In this document: positions 1 to 11,792 of the stretch, one piece after another | Layout: each line of letters opens with the position of its first letter | How positions within the stretch are numbered: position 1 is the first letter of the stretch | Assembly: GCA_965240325.2 (NCBI GenBank) | Contig: OZ251240.1 | Coordinates: 930,001 to 994,000, forward strand | DNA length: 64,000 bases | Direction: 5' to 3' | From: Rebecca billardiae RCC1528 | Lineage: Eukaryota > Protista > Haptophyta | Position numbers and translations under genes: made by a program | The notes under the pieces: model-generated | Database searches by the model: none | What the model was told of the DNA's origin: nothing | Seen by the model: the letters and a program-made list of their open reading frames with translations, nothing else

Positions 1-14
1 GGTGCGGTCGCGGA

Positions 15-56
<42 letters not shown>

Positions 57-2831
57 GGGCGAGTCGATGCTGCTGCGCGCGCTGGCGGACGTCTTCGAGG
101 CGCTGCGTGCGCTGCCCGAGCCCGAGCGCCCCCTCGTCGAGCTGCGCTGCGCACAGCTGCACTGCGAGACGAGCCACGACCTGCTAGCGCCGGGCGCCGG
201 CGGTACGGGCGACGCAGCCGCCGGGGGCGCGGCGGATGCGGGCGGCAAGGGCGACACGGGCGTGGGCAGCCCGCAGGTGGCGACGCGCGCGGGCGCGGGT
301 GGCGCCACGCTCGGCTCCATGCGCGTGATCTTCGCGGGCTGTACCACGCGCACGCTCGGTGCGCGCCGCGCCGCGCGCGCGCGCGCGCCACCCTTGGCCT
401 CGGCCGAACCGTTGGGCGTGTGGGCTGGCAGCTGGGGCGGTGTCTGTGCCACGCGCGGTGTCGCGCCGCGCCTCGCGCGCGCTCTCGGCGCGTGCGGCGC
501 GCGACCGCGCGCGCTGCGCGTGCGTGCCGAGCGTGAGGCCGACAGTGCGCGTCCCACGCGCGCGCGCGCGCCCCCGTCGCACGGCCGCGCGCGCAGGCGG
601 CGAGGAGGAGGCGCGAGCGGTGCTGGCGCAGGCGGCGCGCGCGCGGCGTGCGCTCGGCCACTCGCCGCTGCTGGCGAGCGCGGCGGCGTGTGTGCAGCTG
701 CGCACGCGGCACGCGGGCGCGGTGTCCGCGAAGCTGGTCCCGCCGGACGACGCCGCGGCCGAGGCCGGCGCGGATGGCCGCGCGCTGCTGCAGCGCGCAC
801 CCGTCTCCACCGCGCGCGCGCCCGCGCTCGGCGGAGGCCAGCTGTGCTTCGTCGTTCTGCCCGAGGGGCCTCCGGCGCCGGCCGGCGGCGCGGCGGCGGC
901 GTCGGCAGCCGAGGGCTCGCCTCCCGCCGGCGGGGCCGCCGAGTCGTGGACCGCCGCGCTGCGACACGCCGACTCGGGACGCGCCGAGCTCTGGCGGCGC
1001 GTGGGTGCGCTCTCGCGGTGGGCGCGCGCCGGCACGGCCGCGGCCGCGCGCACCGGCGGCGGCGGCGGCGGCGGCGCGCGGCCGGGCGTGCGGCGCGGCG
1101 GCGCGGGCTCGGCGCCGCCGGTCGCGAGCAGCGGCACCTCCCTCGCCGACGGCGCGCCGCTCCCGCCGCCGCTGCTCGCGCGACTACTCGACGACGCGCT
1201 CGACCTCCGCACGCGCTCGCGTGTGGCAGTGGTGTGCTTTGCGCGAGCGCGCGGCGGCGGCGAGCGGCATGCACTCTCGAGCCTGCAGCAGGCGCAGCTG
1301 TGGCTGCGCGCGGCGCTGCGGCCGCAGCAGCTGGACGACGGCGCGCTGGCGCACGCGCTGCAGGCGCGGCTCGACGCGGCGCCCCTCGAGGCGCAGACGG
1401 CCGACGCGCGGCGCGCCGAGCTCGCCGCTCTGCCCGAGCGCGCCGCCGCGGCCGCGGCCGAGCTGCGTCGCGCGCTGAGCGCGACCAGAGAGGAGGGGGC
1501 GCGGCTGCGCAGCAGCGGGCCGGGCGCGGCGCAGGGCGCGGCGCAGGGCAGCGCCCCGGAGGCCGAGGACGTGCGCCGCGCGGTGCACGCCGCGCGCGCA
1601 CGCCTCGAGGCCCTGGGCGTCTCGGCCGCCGCACCTCGGTCCTCAGTGGCAGCGGTCGCGGCCGCGGCGGTCGCGGCGGCAAAGGCGGCGGCGCCGCCGC
1701 AGCCGCCGGTGCCGGTGCCGGCCGCCGTGCAGTCGAAGATCAACCAGTTCAAGAAGGAGGTGGACGCGGCGTGGCAGGAGCTCGCATCGGCGCGGAAGGA
1801 GCGCGAGCTGCTCGAGCGCTCGGTCGACGAGTCGCTGGCCTATCAGGTGCTTGCGCCTTGCTTGCGCAGCCCGCCGCGCCGCGCCGCGCCGCGCCGCGCC
1901 GCCGCCGCCCGCGGGCCAAGCCGCGGGTCGTGCTGCGCACTCGTGCCGCGGCCGTGCCGCGCGCTCGGCCGGCCGGGCGCGCGGGCGATCGCGCGCCGCC
2001 CGCCGCCGCCGCGCGCACCCGCCGCCGACCCCTCTCGCCCCGCGCGCTCGCGCCCCTCGGCCGCAGGCGTACGTGTACGATGCCCGACAGGCGACCGAGG
2101 CGGCACTACAGTCGGTGGCAGACAACTTGCACCTGCTGGGGTGGGAGCGAAGGAACGGCGGGCAGCCGAGGGTCTCGGTGCCGCTGTACGGCGCGGCGCT
2201 GGCGATCTACGAGGCGGTGCTCGGGCCGAGCCACCCGCAGGCCGCGTCGACGCTGGTCAACCTCGGCAACGCCTTCTTCGACCTCGGCCGCCACGCCGAG
2301 GCCGCCGCGCTCTACCGCCGCTCGCTCGCCATCGACGAGGAGGTGCTGGGCGATGACCATCCGGACGTGGCCATGGACCTGAGTAACCTGGGTATCGTGT
2401 ACCGCAACATGGGGTACGTGGCGCAGGCGATCACGCTGTTCGAGCGCGCGCACGAGCTGCTGCAGCGCACGCTCGGCGCGGAGCACGCGTCGACGCTCAC
2501 CGTCGCGCGCAACCTCGCCAAGCTGCGCGCGACGGACGCGGGGAAGGCCGCGCGCGACGGCGCGGCCGAGACCGCGGCCGCGCTCGCCCGCGCCGGGCCC
2601 CTCACGCCGCGTGGCCTCGCGGAGGAGATCACCGCCATGCTGGACGAGGACACGTACGTGGAGTCGGCGGTGCACATCGGTGCGCACCTGCTGCGCGAGC
2701 ACGTGAGCGCGGCGAAGCAGGCCGCGGCGAACAACCCGTCGCCGTCGCGCGGCAGCAGGAGTTCGCACCACGGCGCAGGCGTCGACAACGGCGGCGTCTC
2801 GCCCTCGCCGCCGCGCCCGCCCACGAGGTAG
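1..2831 (+). CDS. Divergent kinesin-motor-like protein with coiled coil and C-terminal kinesin-light-chain-type TPR repeats (5' end outside window)
   Basis: Spliced 1-358, 597-1846, 2067-2831 (GT-AG introns keep frame). Kinesin-like blocks in the expected order: LLRALADVFEAL..VELRCAQLHCETSHDLL, EEEARAVLAQAARAR, LLARLLDDAL..VAVVCF..ALSSLQQA. TPR units: ALAIYEAVLGPSHPQAASTLVNLG, SLAIDEEVLGDDHPDVAMDLSNLG. Confidence 0.7.
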
Positions 2832-3324
2832 GCCGCGGGCGGGGACAATGGCACGAGACGTCTCGAACGACGACACGAGCTAGGCACTCATGCCGGATTC
2901 GACGGATCGCCGCGTCTCGGGATCTGGTGCCGACAGCTACAGCTTCAAGGCACCTAGCGATGCGCCGACTAAATGTCTTTCAGACTTCAGTCTACGGTAT
3001 CTAGGTATGATAGACTGTACCTTCGCGAATCGCGACAGTAGCAGTACTTGCAACAGTTTACAGTTCGGCGGTAATACTACTTCAGTGACCAGGGAGTCGT
3101 TCGGTTGGAAGCGAACTATCACGGACTTCTCACTTCTCTGATGTTTCTCGGAAGGGCGGGACGACTCATCGGCGTCAAGGCGCAACCGCCCGCAACGTTC
3201 GTTTCCTAACGGCGAGCTCAAAATCGCGGGAGATCATACTACCGTACGGCAGATTTCTTGATCGGCGTCATCAACTCCCACCCAGCCGCTGGCCGTGGCC
3301 CTGCTTGCCAGCTGCCGCGCCGCC

Positions 3325-5324
3325 ATGTCGCAGATGTACAACGTCGCCGTGCCGCAGGGGTACGGGCCCGGGATGCAATTCCAGGCGCAGGTCGGTGGAC
3401 AGATGCAGCTCATCACCGTGCCGCAGGGTGCGGGCCCTGGCTCGGTCGTGCAGGTCGCCGGCCCGCCGCTCGTCGCGCAGGCGACGCCGGTGCCTCAGGC
3501 GCAGCCGCAGGTGGCGTACGCGCAGCCCATTGGGCAGCAGCAGCCCGCGTACGGGTACGGGCAGCAGCAGCCGCCGCCGCCTCAGCCCATGGGCATGACG
3601 GGGTACGGCCAGGCATCGCCTGAGCAGCCGCCTCCGTACCCGGTCGCACCGCAGGCCAAGCAGCAGATGGCCAACCAGCCAAAGGGCGTGCCGCCGCCGG
3701 TGTTCCTGCAGCCCACGCACGCGCTGCAGCTGCCCAAGAAGCTGGAGCGGCTGTACCTCGGCCTCGGCTGGCGCTCCGCGCGCCAGGGCCTTGACCTCGA
3801 CGCATCCGCCATCATCTTCTCCCGCGGGCAGAAGATTGATACCGTCAACTTCCAGAAGCTGCGCAACGTGGCGCAGGGCAATGCGTCGATTGTGCACACG
3901 GGCGACGTGCTGACTGGGCAGCAGTCGCCCGGCAAGATGGAGGACCTGGAGCGCATCTACTTCTGGTGCGCGCGCGCGCCGTGCGCACCGGCCGAGTGCG
4001 CGCGGCCTGCTCGCCAGCGCTGCTGTCGGCAGCGCGCGCGCGCGGGCAGCAGCGCGCCGCCGTCGAGCCCGGCTGTCCACCGCGCCCGCTCGCTGCCCGC
4101 CGCGCCCGCTCCACATGCGCTGACGCCGCCCGGCCCTCCGCACGCCCCGCATGCGCCCGCCACCGACCGCGCGCGCCGGCCCCCGCGCCGCGCAGGGTGC
4201 CCAAGCTCGAGCGCGTGGACATGGTCTACCTGGTCGTGAACGTCTTCACCGACGGCGCGACCTTTTCGGACGTGCAGTCGGCGTACTGCCGGATGGTGAA
4301 CGCGGACACGGAGCAGGAGATCGGCCGCTTCCAGCTGGAGAACCTGCACGGCAACGCGGTCGTCTTTGCGCGCATCGAGAAGCATCAGAAGGGTGCGTGC
4401 GCGGCCGCCGGGCTGCGCGCGCGGCGCGCGCGGTGCCGGCGCGCGCGGCGCGCGCGGCGCCGGCGCGCGCGGCGCACGGCGCGGCAGCGGTGCGCGGCGC
4501 GCGGCGCGCCGCTCGCCGCACGCGGCGTCGGCTGCGGCCGCTGACGCGCTCCTCGTGCCCCGGCTGGCGCGACCCCGCCGCCCCACGCGCTGCCGTGCGC
4601 AGGCCACTGGCAGTGGGTCGCCCTCGGCCAGAGCGCTCAGGGCCGCACCGCGCACGACATCGGCGAGTTCATCGACAAGAACCCCGCGATGAACTCCAAG
4701 CCGAGCGCTTACGAGAACATGACGGGCGCGGCGGGCACGGGTGCCAAGCCGACGAAGCAGAAGCCCTCGCGCTCGTGGGTCGCGCCCGCGATGATCGGGG
4801 CGACGGCGGCGGGCATCGCCGCGGCCACGCTGATCTACACGCAGCCCCAGCTGCGCGCGGACATGATGGGCGGCGTGCGCGGCGGACCGGACGTGGCCGA
4901 CATGATGGACCTGGGGAGTATCTCGCCGCCCGAGATGCCAATCGACATCGACCTCACGCCGCCGGAGGGCATCGCCGACGCGTTCGGCGAGTTTGCCGGG
5001 CGCGGCGTCGAGGCGGGCGGGGCGTTCGTCAACGGCGCTGGCAACGCCGGCGGCCAGATCGTGTCGGCGGTCGAGGGCCTGACAGGCTGGGACATGGGCG
5101 CGGCGGGCAGCGCGATCGGCGACGGCGCGGGCGCCTTCGGGGACGCCGTGGGCTCTGGGGCGGGCGCGGCCGCGGGCGCGTTCAACGACTCCGGGTTCGC
5201 GGCCAGTGCTGGCGGTGCGTTCAACGACGTCGGCAACGCGGCTGGCGATGCGGCTGGCGACGCAGCAGAGTGCTGCGAAGGCTGCTGCGGCTCGATCATG
5301 GGCGCGCTGAGCGGCTCCGAATGA
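3325..5324 (+). CDS. TerD-domain (TerD/CABP1-like) protein with Pro/Gln-rich N-terminus and Gly/Asp/Ala-rich tail
   Basis: LYLGLGW..DLDASAIIF..SIVHTGDVLTG..EDLERI, then VYLVVNVFTDGATFSDVQSAYCRMV..EIGRFQL and WQWVALGQ are TerD motifs. Introns at about 3967-4195 and 4393-4602. Confidence 0.8.
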
Positions 5325-5600
5325 GCCCCGCGGATCATGACGACTACGCAGACGGTACGGACTATCAGTATCACTAGTCCACTTCACAGCGGCACGCGAG
5401 TCACGGAGTCTGGCCGTGAGGGCAGCGGACCCGCGCGTGCGGCGTGGGCGAGTAGTCGAGCATGCTGATGATTGCCGTGACAGTGCTCACCGGTGCCCAC
5501 GTCACATCTCGGAGCGTCGGAAGAGTGAAGCTTGGCGCACTGCGGGCTGCGCACCCGCTAGCCCGGGCTACTGCTAGGCCGGCCTAACGGGCGCGCGTCA

Positions 5601-5646
5601 ATCTCGCCTGCCTGAGCTGTGTGCGTCTCTTATTCTTAGTAAACTG
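5601..5646 (+). repeat. 46-bp dispersed repeat family A, copy 1
   Basis: ATCTCGCCTGCCTGAGCTGTGTGCGTCTCTTATTCTTAGTAAACTG followed by TA; identical to copies at 54302 and 54507. Confidence 0.95.
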
Positions 5647-6026
5647 TAGTTCAGAAGTTTTTACCCGGGCCTGATGAGTGATGACTGATGAGCAACCCGC
5701 GCTGGCGATACCGCCATTTATCTTAATCATATTTTGATGACAATGATGGCCGTATGGTGAATATTGACGGATTGACGATATCAACAGTTTAAGAGCTACT
5801 GAGTTCGGCTCAGTCAATGAACCTTTCTCAGACTCTGGCGTATTCGATGGCCGTCCGCCTTTGTAAGGAGTTGGTGGTCCTTTGACGACCGTAGCTTTCG
5901 CACCGTACCTCCCTTCCTCCTAATAAGTACTGCCTCCGTGTGAAAATGGTGTGAAGCTTCGCGGAAGGCGCCGGAGCGGGGCGCTGAGAGGGGGCCGCGC
6001 GCCAGGGTCTCTTTCCCTTGGGCGCA

Positions 6027-9000
6027 ATGCGGAGCTTGTGGCCGCGCCTCCAGCGGCGCCCGGAGATCGTGTTGATCACTGATCCCGGTCCCGATCCGGA
6101 CGACGCCAAGACCTTGCTCATCCTCGCCACCCTCCACCGCCGCGGCGTGCTCGGCCTCCGCGCCGTTGTTTGTAACGGCGGCGGAGAGCCTGCGGCGCGG
6201 GCGAGGCTCGCGCTCTGCCTGCTGCGGCACTTGGGGGTGGACGACGTTCCGGTGGGCGTGGGCTCGGCAGGCGTGCCTTCGCGGCCCGAGCCCCACGAGT
6301 ATATGCTCCAGGGCTACGACGACGTTGAGCCCGCCGACCTCGCCGAGGGCAGCGCCCTGCTGCGCGCGACGCTCGGCGCTGCTCGCGCGCGGCAGCTGAC
6401 GGTCGTGTGCATCAGCGGGCTGCGCGACTTTGCGGATGTCTTCCTCAAGGCACCCGAGCTCCTCGCGAGCGTGGGCGAGGTGGCTATCCAGGGCGGCCTC
6501 GAGCGCGCAGACGGCACGCCCTGGGGCTGGGCGCCTGACACGAGCGTGAACAACAGTGCGCGCCGCTCGCGAGCGCTGTGCGGGCGGCGCCGCTCGCGGG
6601 CGCCGGCCGGCCCGCCATCTCGCCGAGCGCGAATCGTGCGCCGCGACCAACGGTTGCCCCTCCTGTGCCCCCCCCGCGCGCGCCCCCCGCGTGCCAGCCT
6701 TCGACGCAGCCGCGGCGGCAACCGTGTATGATGGCTGCTTCGGGCGGGGCATTCCGATGTCGGTCGTCAGCCGCGAGGCGGTTCCGCTCGTGCCGATGCA
6801 GCTTGCGCGCTCGTTCGCCGTGCGGATGGACTGCCCCGTGGTGCGCCGCCGCGCGAGCCTCGCGCTGCATCCGGCCACCGCCGCCGAGCGCGCAGCGCGA
6901 CACGCCGACATGCCGCGCGCGGGCGCCGCTGCTGCGCGCCGCCGCCGCTGCGCGCCGCCGCCGCTGGGCATCCTGGCTGCTGCTGACGCGTGCGCGTGTG
7001 CGTGCCTGTGCCTGCGCGCGCTCGGGCGGCCCTGGCTGCTCGCGCGCAGATGCACTACCTCGCCTCGGCGCAGTTCCTCGGACTGGTCGGCCTCTGGCAG
7101 CGGCTGTGCCGCGCGCAGCTGCCCGCGCGCTGCACCAAGCAGTGGTTCTTTGAGACCTTCTGCGCGGTCGGGCCCGCCGAGTTTGCGCAGAAGCGGCTGG
7201 ACGCGCTCGGCGAGGACGACGACATCCTGCCGCACCTCAACGGCTTCGTCAAACCGTGCGCGCCGCGCGGGACGGCGCGCTCCGCGCCGCGCGCCGCGGG
7301 ACGCGCCGCGCGCCGCCGGCCGAGCTGGGCCGCCTGCCATGCCCGCCCGCCCCTCCGCCCGTGCCGAGGCCCTCGCTCGCTCCCGCGCCGCGCCGCGCCC
7401 GCCGCGCCCGCCTGCGCGCGCGGGGGGGCACCGCAGGTACGACGTGGTTGCGCTGATGGCGGTGCTGCCGAGCGTGCGGCAGGCGGTCGCGCAGAGCGGC
7501 GGCGAGGTGCGCGTGCGCGGCGTGAGCCACCGGCTTCTGATCAGCCCGGAGCAGTTGGTGCCGCACGAGGCGGTGCTGTGGCTGCTGCGCTCGACGTTCC
7601 ACGACGTGGTCGCGCTGACGGCCGAGGCCGCGAGCGCGCGCGCGGGCGCGCACGACGTCGGCAGCTCGTGGCTCGGCGCCGGCGCGCGCGCGCGGCTGCC
7701 GAGCACGGTGCTTGGGCACGGGGGCGGGGCGCACTCGCGAGCGGCGGTCGCGCCGCGATCGCCCTCGTCGCGCAGCTCCTCGAGACACTCGCAGCGCAGC
7801 AGCGCGCACGCCAAGGGCAGCAGGGCGCCGCGGCTCTCGGCTGAGCCGATGCAGCCGCCTCCGCTTGGGCCGGGCGCGAGCTCCGCCTCCTCAGCTGTCA
7901 CCTCAGCTGGCAGCGCCGAGGAGGCGGGGGAGGGCGCGCGCGGCCGGCGGCGCGGGAGCAGGGCGGTGCCGAGCTCGCCGCCGCCGCACTCGCCACGCGA
8001 GATCGCCGCGCTCCTCGGCGCGGCGCACGAGGCCGCGACCGGCCTGAACCGCGGCGTGGCCGCGTGCTTGCTCTGCGCGGCCGTGAGCATCATGGCGGTG
8101 GCCGCGGTCGTCGCCATCGCCATCCTCACCTCGCTGGGCGGGGGCGGGGAGGGTGCGTCTCAGGAGGTGGAGTCGGCGGCGGCAGCGAGCGCGCTCAGCG
8201 CGCCGCTGCTGCAGATTGGCTTTAACGGCGCGAGCGTGCTGTGCGTGCTCGCGCTGCAGCCGGTCGAGGCGCAGCGCGCGCTGGTGCTGGCGAGCGCGCT
8301 GCTGATCGGCGGCATCTCCGTCGGCCTCGTCACCTCCGAGCTGATCGCGCGCGCGCCCGGCGCGCGCGGCGCTGCTGACATCCTAGTCAAGCCAGACTGG
8401 AGCGCGGGGCAGGCGACGTTTGCATCCGTGGGGCACGCGAGCTGGGCGCTGTCCGGGCTGGCGATGCTCGTGGCGGCCGCGCGGCTGCACACGCGGTGCG
8501 CGCGGCTGCTGCGCGCCGTGTGGCTCTGCCTCGCGTACAGGCTCGTCCTCACGTACGCCGCCATCGCTGGGTATCACTGTGTCTCATTTGCCGAGGCGGA
8601 GGCGGAGGCGGCCGGCCGCGCGCGCTCGGGCGGCGCGGCCGTGCTCGCCGCCATGCTGGCCATCGACGCGCTCGGCCTCGGGCTCGGGCTGAACATGCTT
8701 CGCCCGGCCGCGCGCGCGCGCGTGCAGTACGCAGTGGGCCGCGCGCTCGGCCGCGCCTCGCCGCTCGCCGCACTCGACGCACTCGCGGGCGGCGCGGGCG
8801 CCGTGGTGCGCGCGCGGCGGCACGGCGGCGCGCGCCGCGCATCGGCGCGCCGCAGCCGAGGCGGCGCGACTGGGCTCAGTGACACGGAGCGCGTGCGCCG
8901 CGCGCTGGCAGTCTTCCAGGGCCTCGCGCTCAGCGCCGAGGCGCTCGACGCCGCGTGCGATGCGCTCGTGCACGCGCGCGCGCGCGCGCGCGCCGTGCAC

Positions 9001-10107
9001 CCCAACCGCTACCGCGACGGCAGCGACGACGACGGCGACGGCGGTGGCTCCGGCTGGGGCGCGCGCGGCGCGGGCTCCTGGCGCCGATCGTCCGCGTCCG
9101 ACGGGTCGGGCCGGGCCGGCCAGGCCGACGGCGGCATCGCGCGCGCCGTGCGGCTGCTGCTGGGAGGGCCCGGTCGCAGCGGCGGCCTCGGCGCCAAGCA
9201 CGCAGCCTTCAACCGCGCTCGCGCCGCGCCGCACCCGCACACGCGCCCGTCGCTCGACTTCAGCTCAGTGATGAGTGCCAAGGCACTGCTGCAGGAAGCG
9301 GCGGCGCAGCGCGCGGCCGCGGGCGGCGGCGGCGGCGGCGCGCGCGGCGCAGCGGCCGCCGAGCGCGCGGCCTCGCCCCCGGTCGTCGACGCGTACGTCG
9401 TGCACGCCCTCGCGGACTCGGGCGCGGGCAAGGGCGAGGCGCTGCGCCGCTGGGCCGCCGAGTTTGAACGGCTCGAGGGCCGCGCGCCGACGGTCTGGAT
9501 CGACGTGCTCTGTGCAGACCCCGCGCTCACGCCGGAAGAGCTGCTCGCGCACACGCCCATCCACCTCGCGCGCGCGCGCCGGCTGCTGCTGCTCGCCGGG
9601 CCGCACCTGTGCGACTGCACGTGGGCGGCGTGCGTCCTCTTCGCGTGGCGAGCGCTCGGCGGCTCGGCCGACACGGCGGACGTGGCTCTCATCCCCGCGC
9701 ACGCCGGCGGCGCGCCCGGCGAGACGGTGGCCGCATTCGACGCTTTCCACGTGCTGCGCACGCACGCGATGCGCCGGGCGGTGGCAGAGGCGGACGGCGG
9801 CGCGGACGAGCCGGCGCGCCCGCACGCGCTCGTCGAGCCGACGCGCCCGCACGCGCTCGCCGACGACGTGCACGACGTGCTGCGCCACGCGATCGAGCTG
9901 GCCGGCGTGCACGCATTCAACGACGCGGTGCACGCGCACGTCCCGCGCGTGCGCGGCGCCGCGGACGCGATGCAGCGCGCGCACGCGGATGCGCCGTCGG
10001 CGCCGCCGACGCCACCGACGACGACGAGCGCCGCTGTCATCCCGAGCGCGGGTGAGCCGCTAGGACATCGCGTGCATACGCGCCTAGAGGCGGCGGAGGA
10101 GCCCTGA
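6027..10107 (+). CDS. Fusion protein: IU-nucleoside-hydrolase-like domain + ~6 TM helices + TIR-like domain
   Basis: Exons 6027-6555, 6698-6840, 7050-7255, 7437-10107 join in frame via GT-AG introns. Hydrolase motifs: IVLITDPGPDPDD, VVCISGLRDFA, IQGG..PDTSVNNTFD, KPYDVVAL. Hydrophobic segments at ~8050-8700. TIR-like segment: VDAYVVHA..WAAEF..TVWIDVLC..PIHLARARRLLLLAGP..W. Confidence 0.75.
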
Positions 10108-11129
10108 GGGCCTGAGGGCCTGAGGCTGAGGAGCCGCGCCCATGCGCACGCAGCATGGCGTAGCTCGGCGGAGAAGTGAGGTGCCCCTGCAGGGCGCCAC
10201 TGCGCCGCCCACTGCTGCTGACATGATGCGCGCAGCAATGTAATAGCAGCAGCGCATGCAGTCGTATAGTAAGCAGACTGCTACTGCTGCGCTGTTTCCA
10301 TATATATATATGTCTAGCCGTCCTCGTGAACGCCGACGCCAACTGCTGGCCGAAGGTGGGCACGCCGCCTGGCATGTCGATGCCGAGGCGGCTGCGTGTG
10401 TTCCTACTCAGTGGGATTTACGTGTCCTCATGCCTTGGCGAGCGGCAGCAGATGCGGTGGGCATGCCGCTCGCCGTCGACGAGATGCGGTGCGTGAGGGA
10501 GAAGGCTAGACGGCCTTTGCGGATGCTGTGAATGGCCCGCGGGTGCGCACGGGGCCCGGCGCGCGGTGTGCCGCCAGCGGTCCTTGTGTAGGAGCCGGCT
10601 GGCGTTGGCACCGGGGCGATCCCGAGGCAGGGCGGGAGAGATGGAGCAGCGATCCGCGTGGGGGCGCACCCACGGAGGAGGAGGCATGTGGCGAAGAGGG
10701 AACGGTGCGATCGGGGCGGGTGCGGAACGGAGCCACAGGGTGCGCACGCACACAGAGAGAGAAGAGGCGCGGTGGCCCGAAGCGCGAGGGGGCGCGATGC
10801 GGAGCGTTGCTTACCGCCGAGTTGCCGAAAGATGTTGGTCGGTGCACGCGACGCGCCACCCGCGTGTGAGCCGCCGCCGCCGGCGACGCAGGACGAGCTT
10901 GGCTGGAGCCATCTCGCACGCCGCGCCTGGCGAAGCAGGCGGCAGAGGCCGGCGCCGGAAACCGAATGATCTCCTGGGCGGCAGAAAGAACAACCCGGAC
11001 AGACTGTTTGTCCGGGAGCAGCGCCCTTTGAGGCGATGGTCTGGTAGAGGGCGATGTGGCTGATGAGCGGCGCTGGCGCCCGGCGTTCTTGTCGTCCTCT
11101 TAGACAATCAGTTATTGTACCAATAACCC

Positions 11130-11132
<3 letters not shown>

Positions 11133-11212
<80 letters not shown>
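11133..11212. repeat. (AT)n microsatellite (further short AT runs at ~11408-11444 and 11586-11651)
   Basis: Directly visible perfect dinucleotide run. Confidence 0.95.
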
Positions 11213-11215
<3 letters not shown>

Positions 11216-11406
11216 CGACGTGGTATGCAACGGGCAGGCGTCAGAGTCAGCAAGCTGTAGCAGCAGATCGAGCAGCAGAGACAAACACCAGGATCAGCGC
11301 TCCTCGCCGTCGTCCCCCCCCTCATAGTCGCCCATCACTCCATCGCCGAGCGGAAGCTCGACGCACCGTCTGGCGTCGACGCGCACGCGCCACCGCGGTG
11401 GTCGCG

Positions 11407-11446
<40 letters not shown>

Positions 11447-11792
11447 TCGATCAAATATACACGCGATGGGGTGCTGTCAGATCGGCCACGCCGCGACTGC
11501 GTGAGCCGCCGTGAGCGTAGACCTGCGCGCTGACTCAGCAGCGGCTCTGACGGTCTGACGCCCGCCATATCGTCATCATCAGTACATATATATATATATA
11601 TATTATATTGCTGCTGATGATGACATGCATGCATCACATATATATATATATTCACGCGCGACGATATATGCGCGCGCTGGCTCGGATGCGACGAGACACG
11701 AGTGACGGGCCGCGCACGCTGCTCGTCATCGTCATTCGACGTTCGTGACGATGAACGTAAGCGTGAATAAGATCGATCGACATCGGCGGTCT

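Noticed and set aside
10256-11107. Short ORFs between the TIR fusion and the AT repeat
   Set aside because: No recognisable domain or consistent splice structure.
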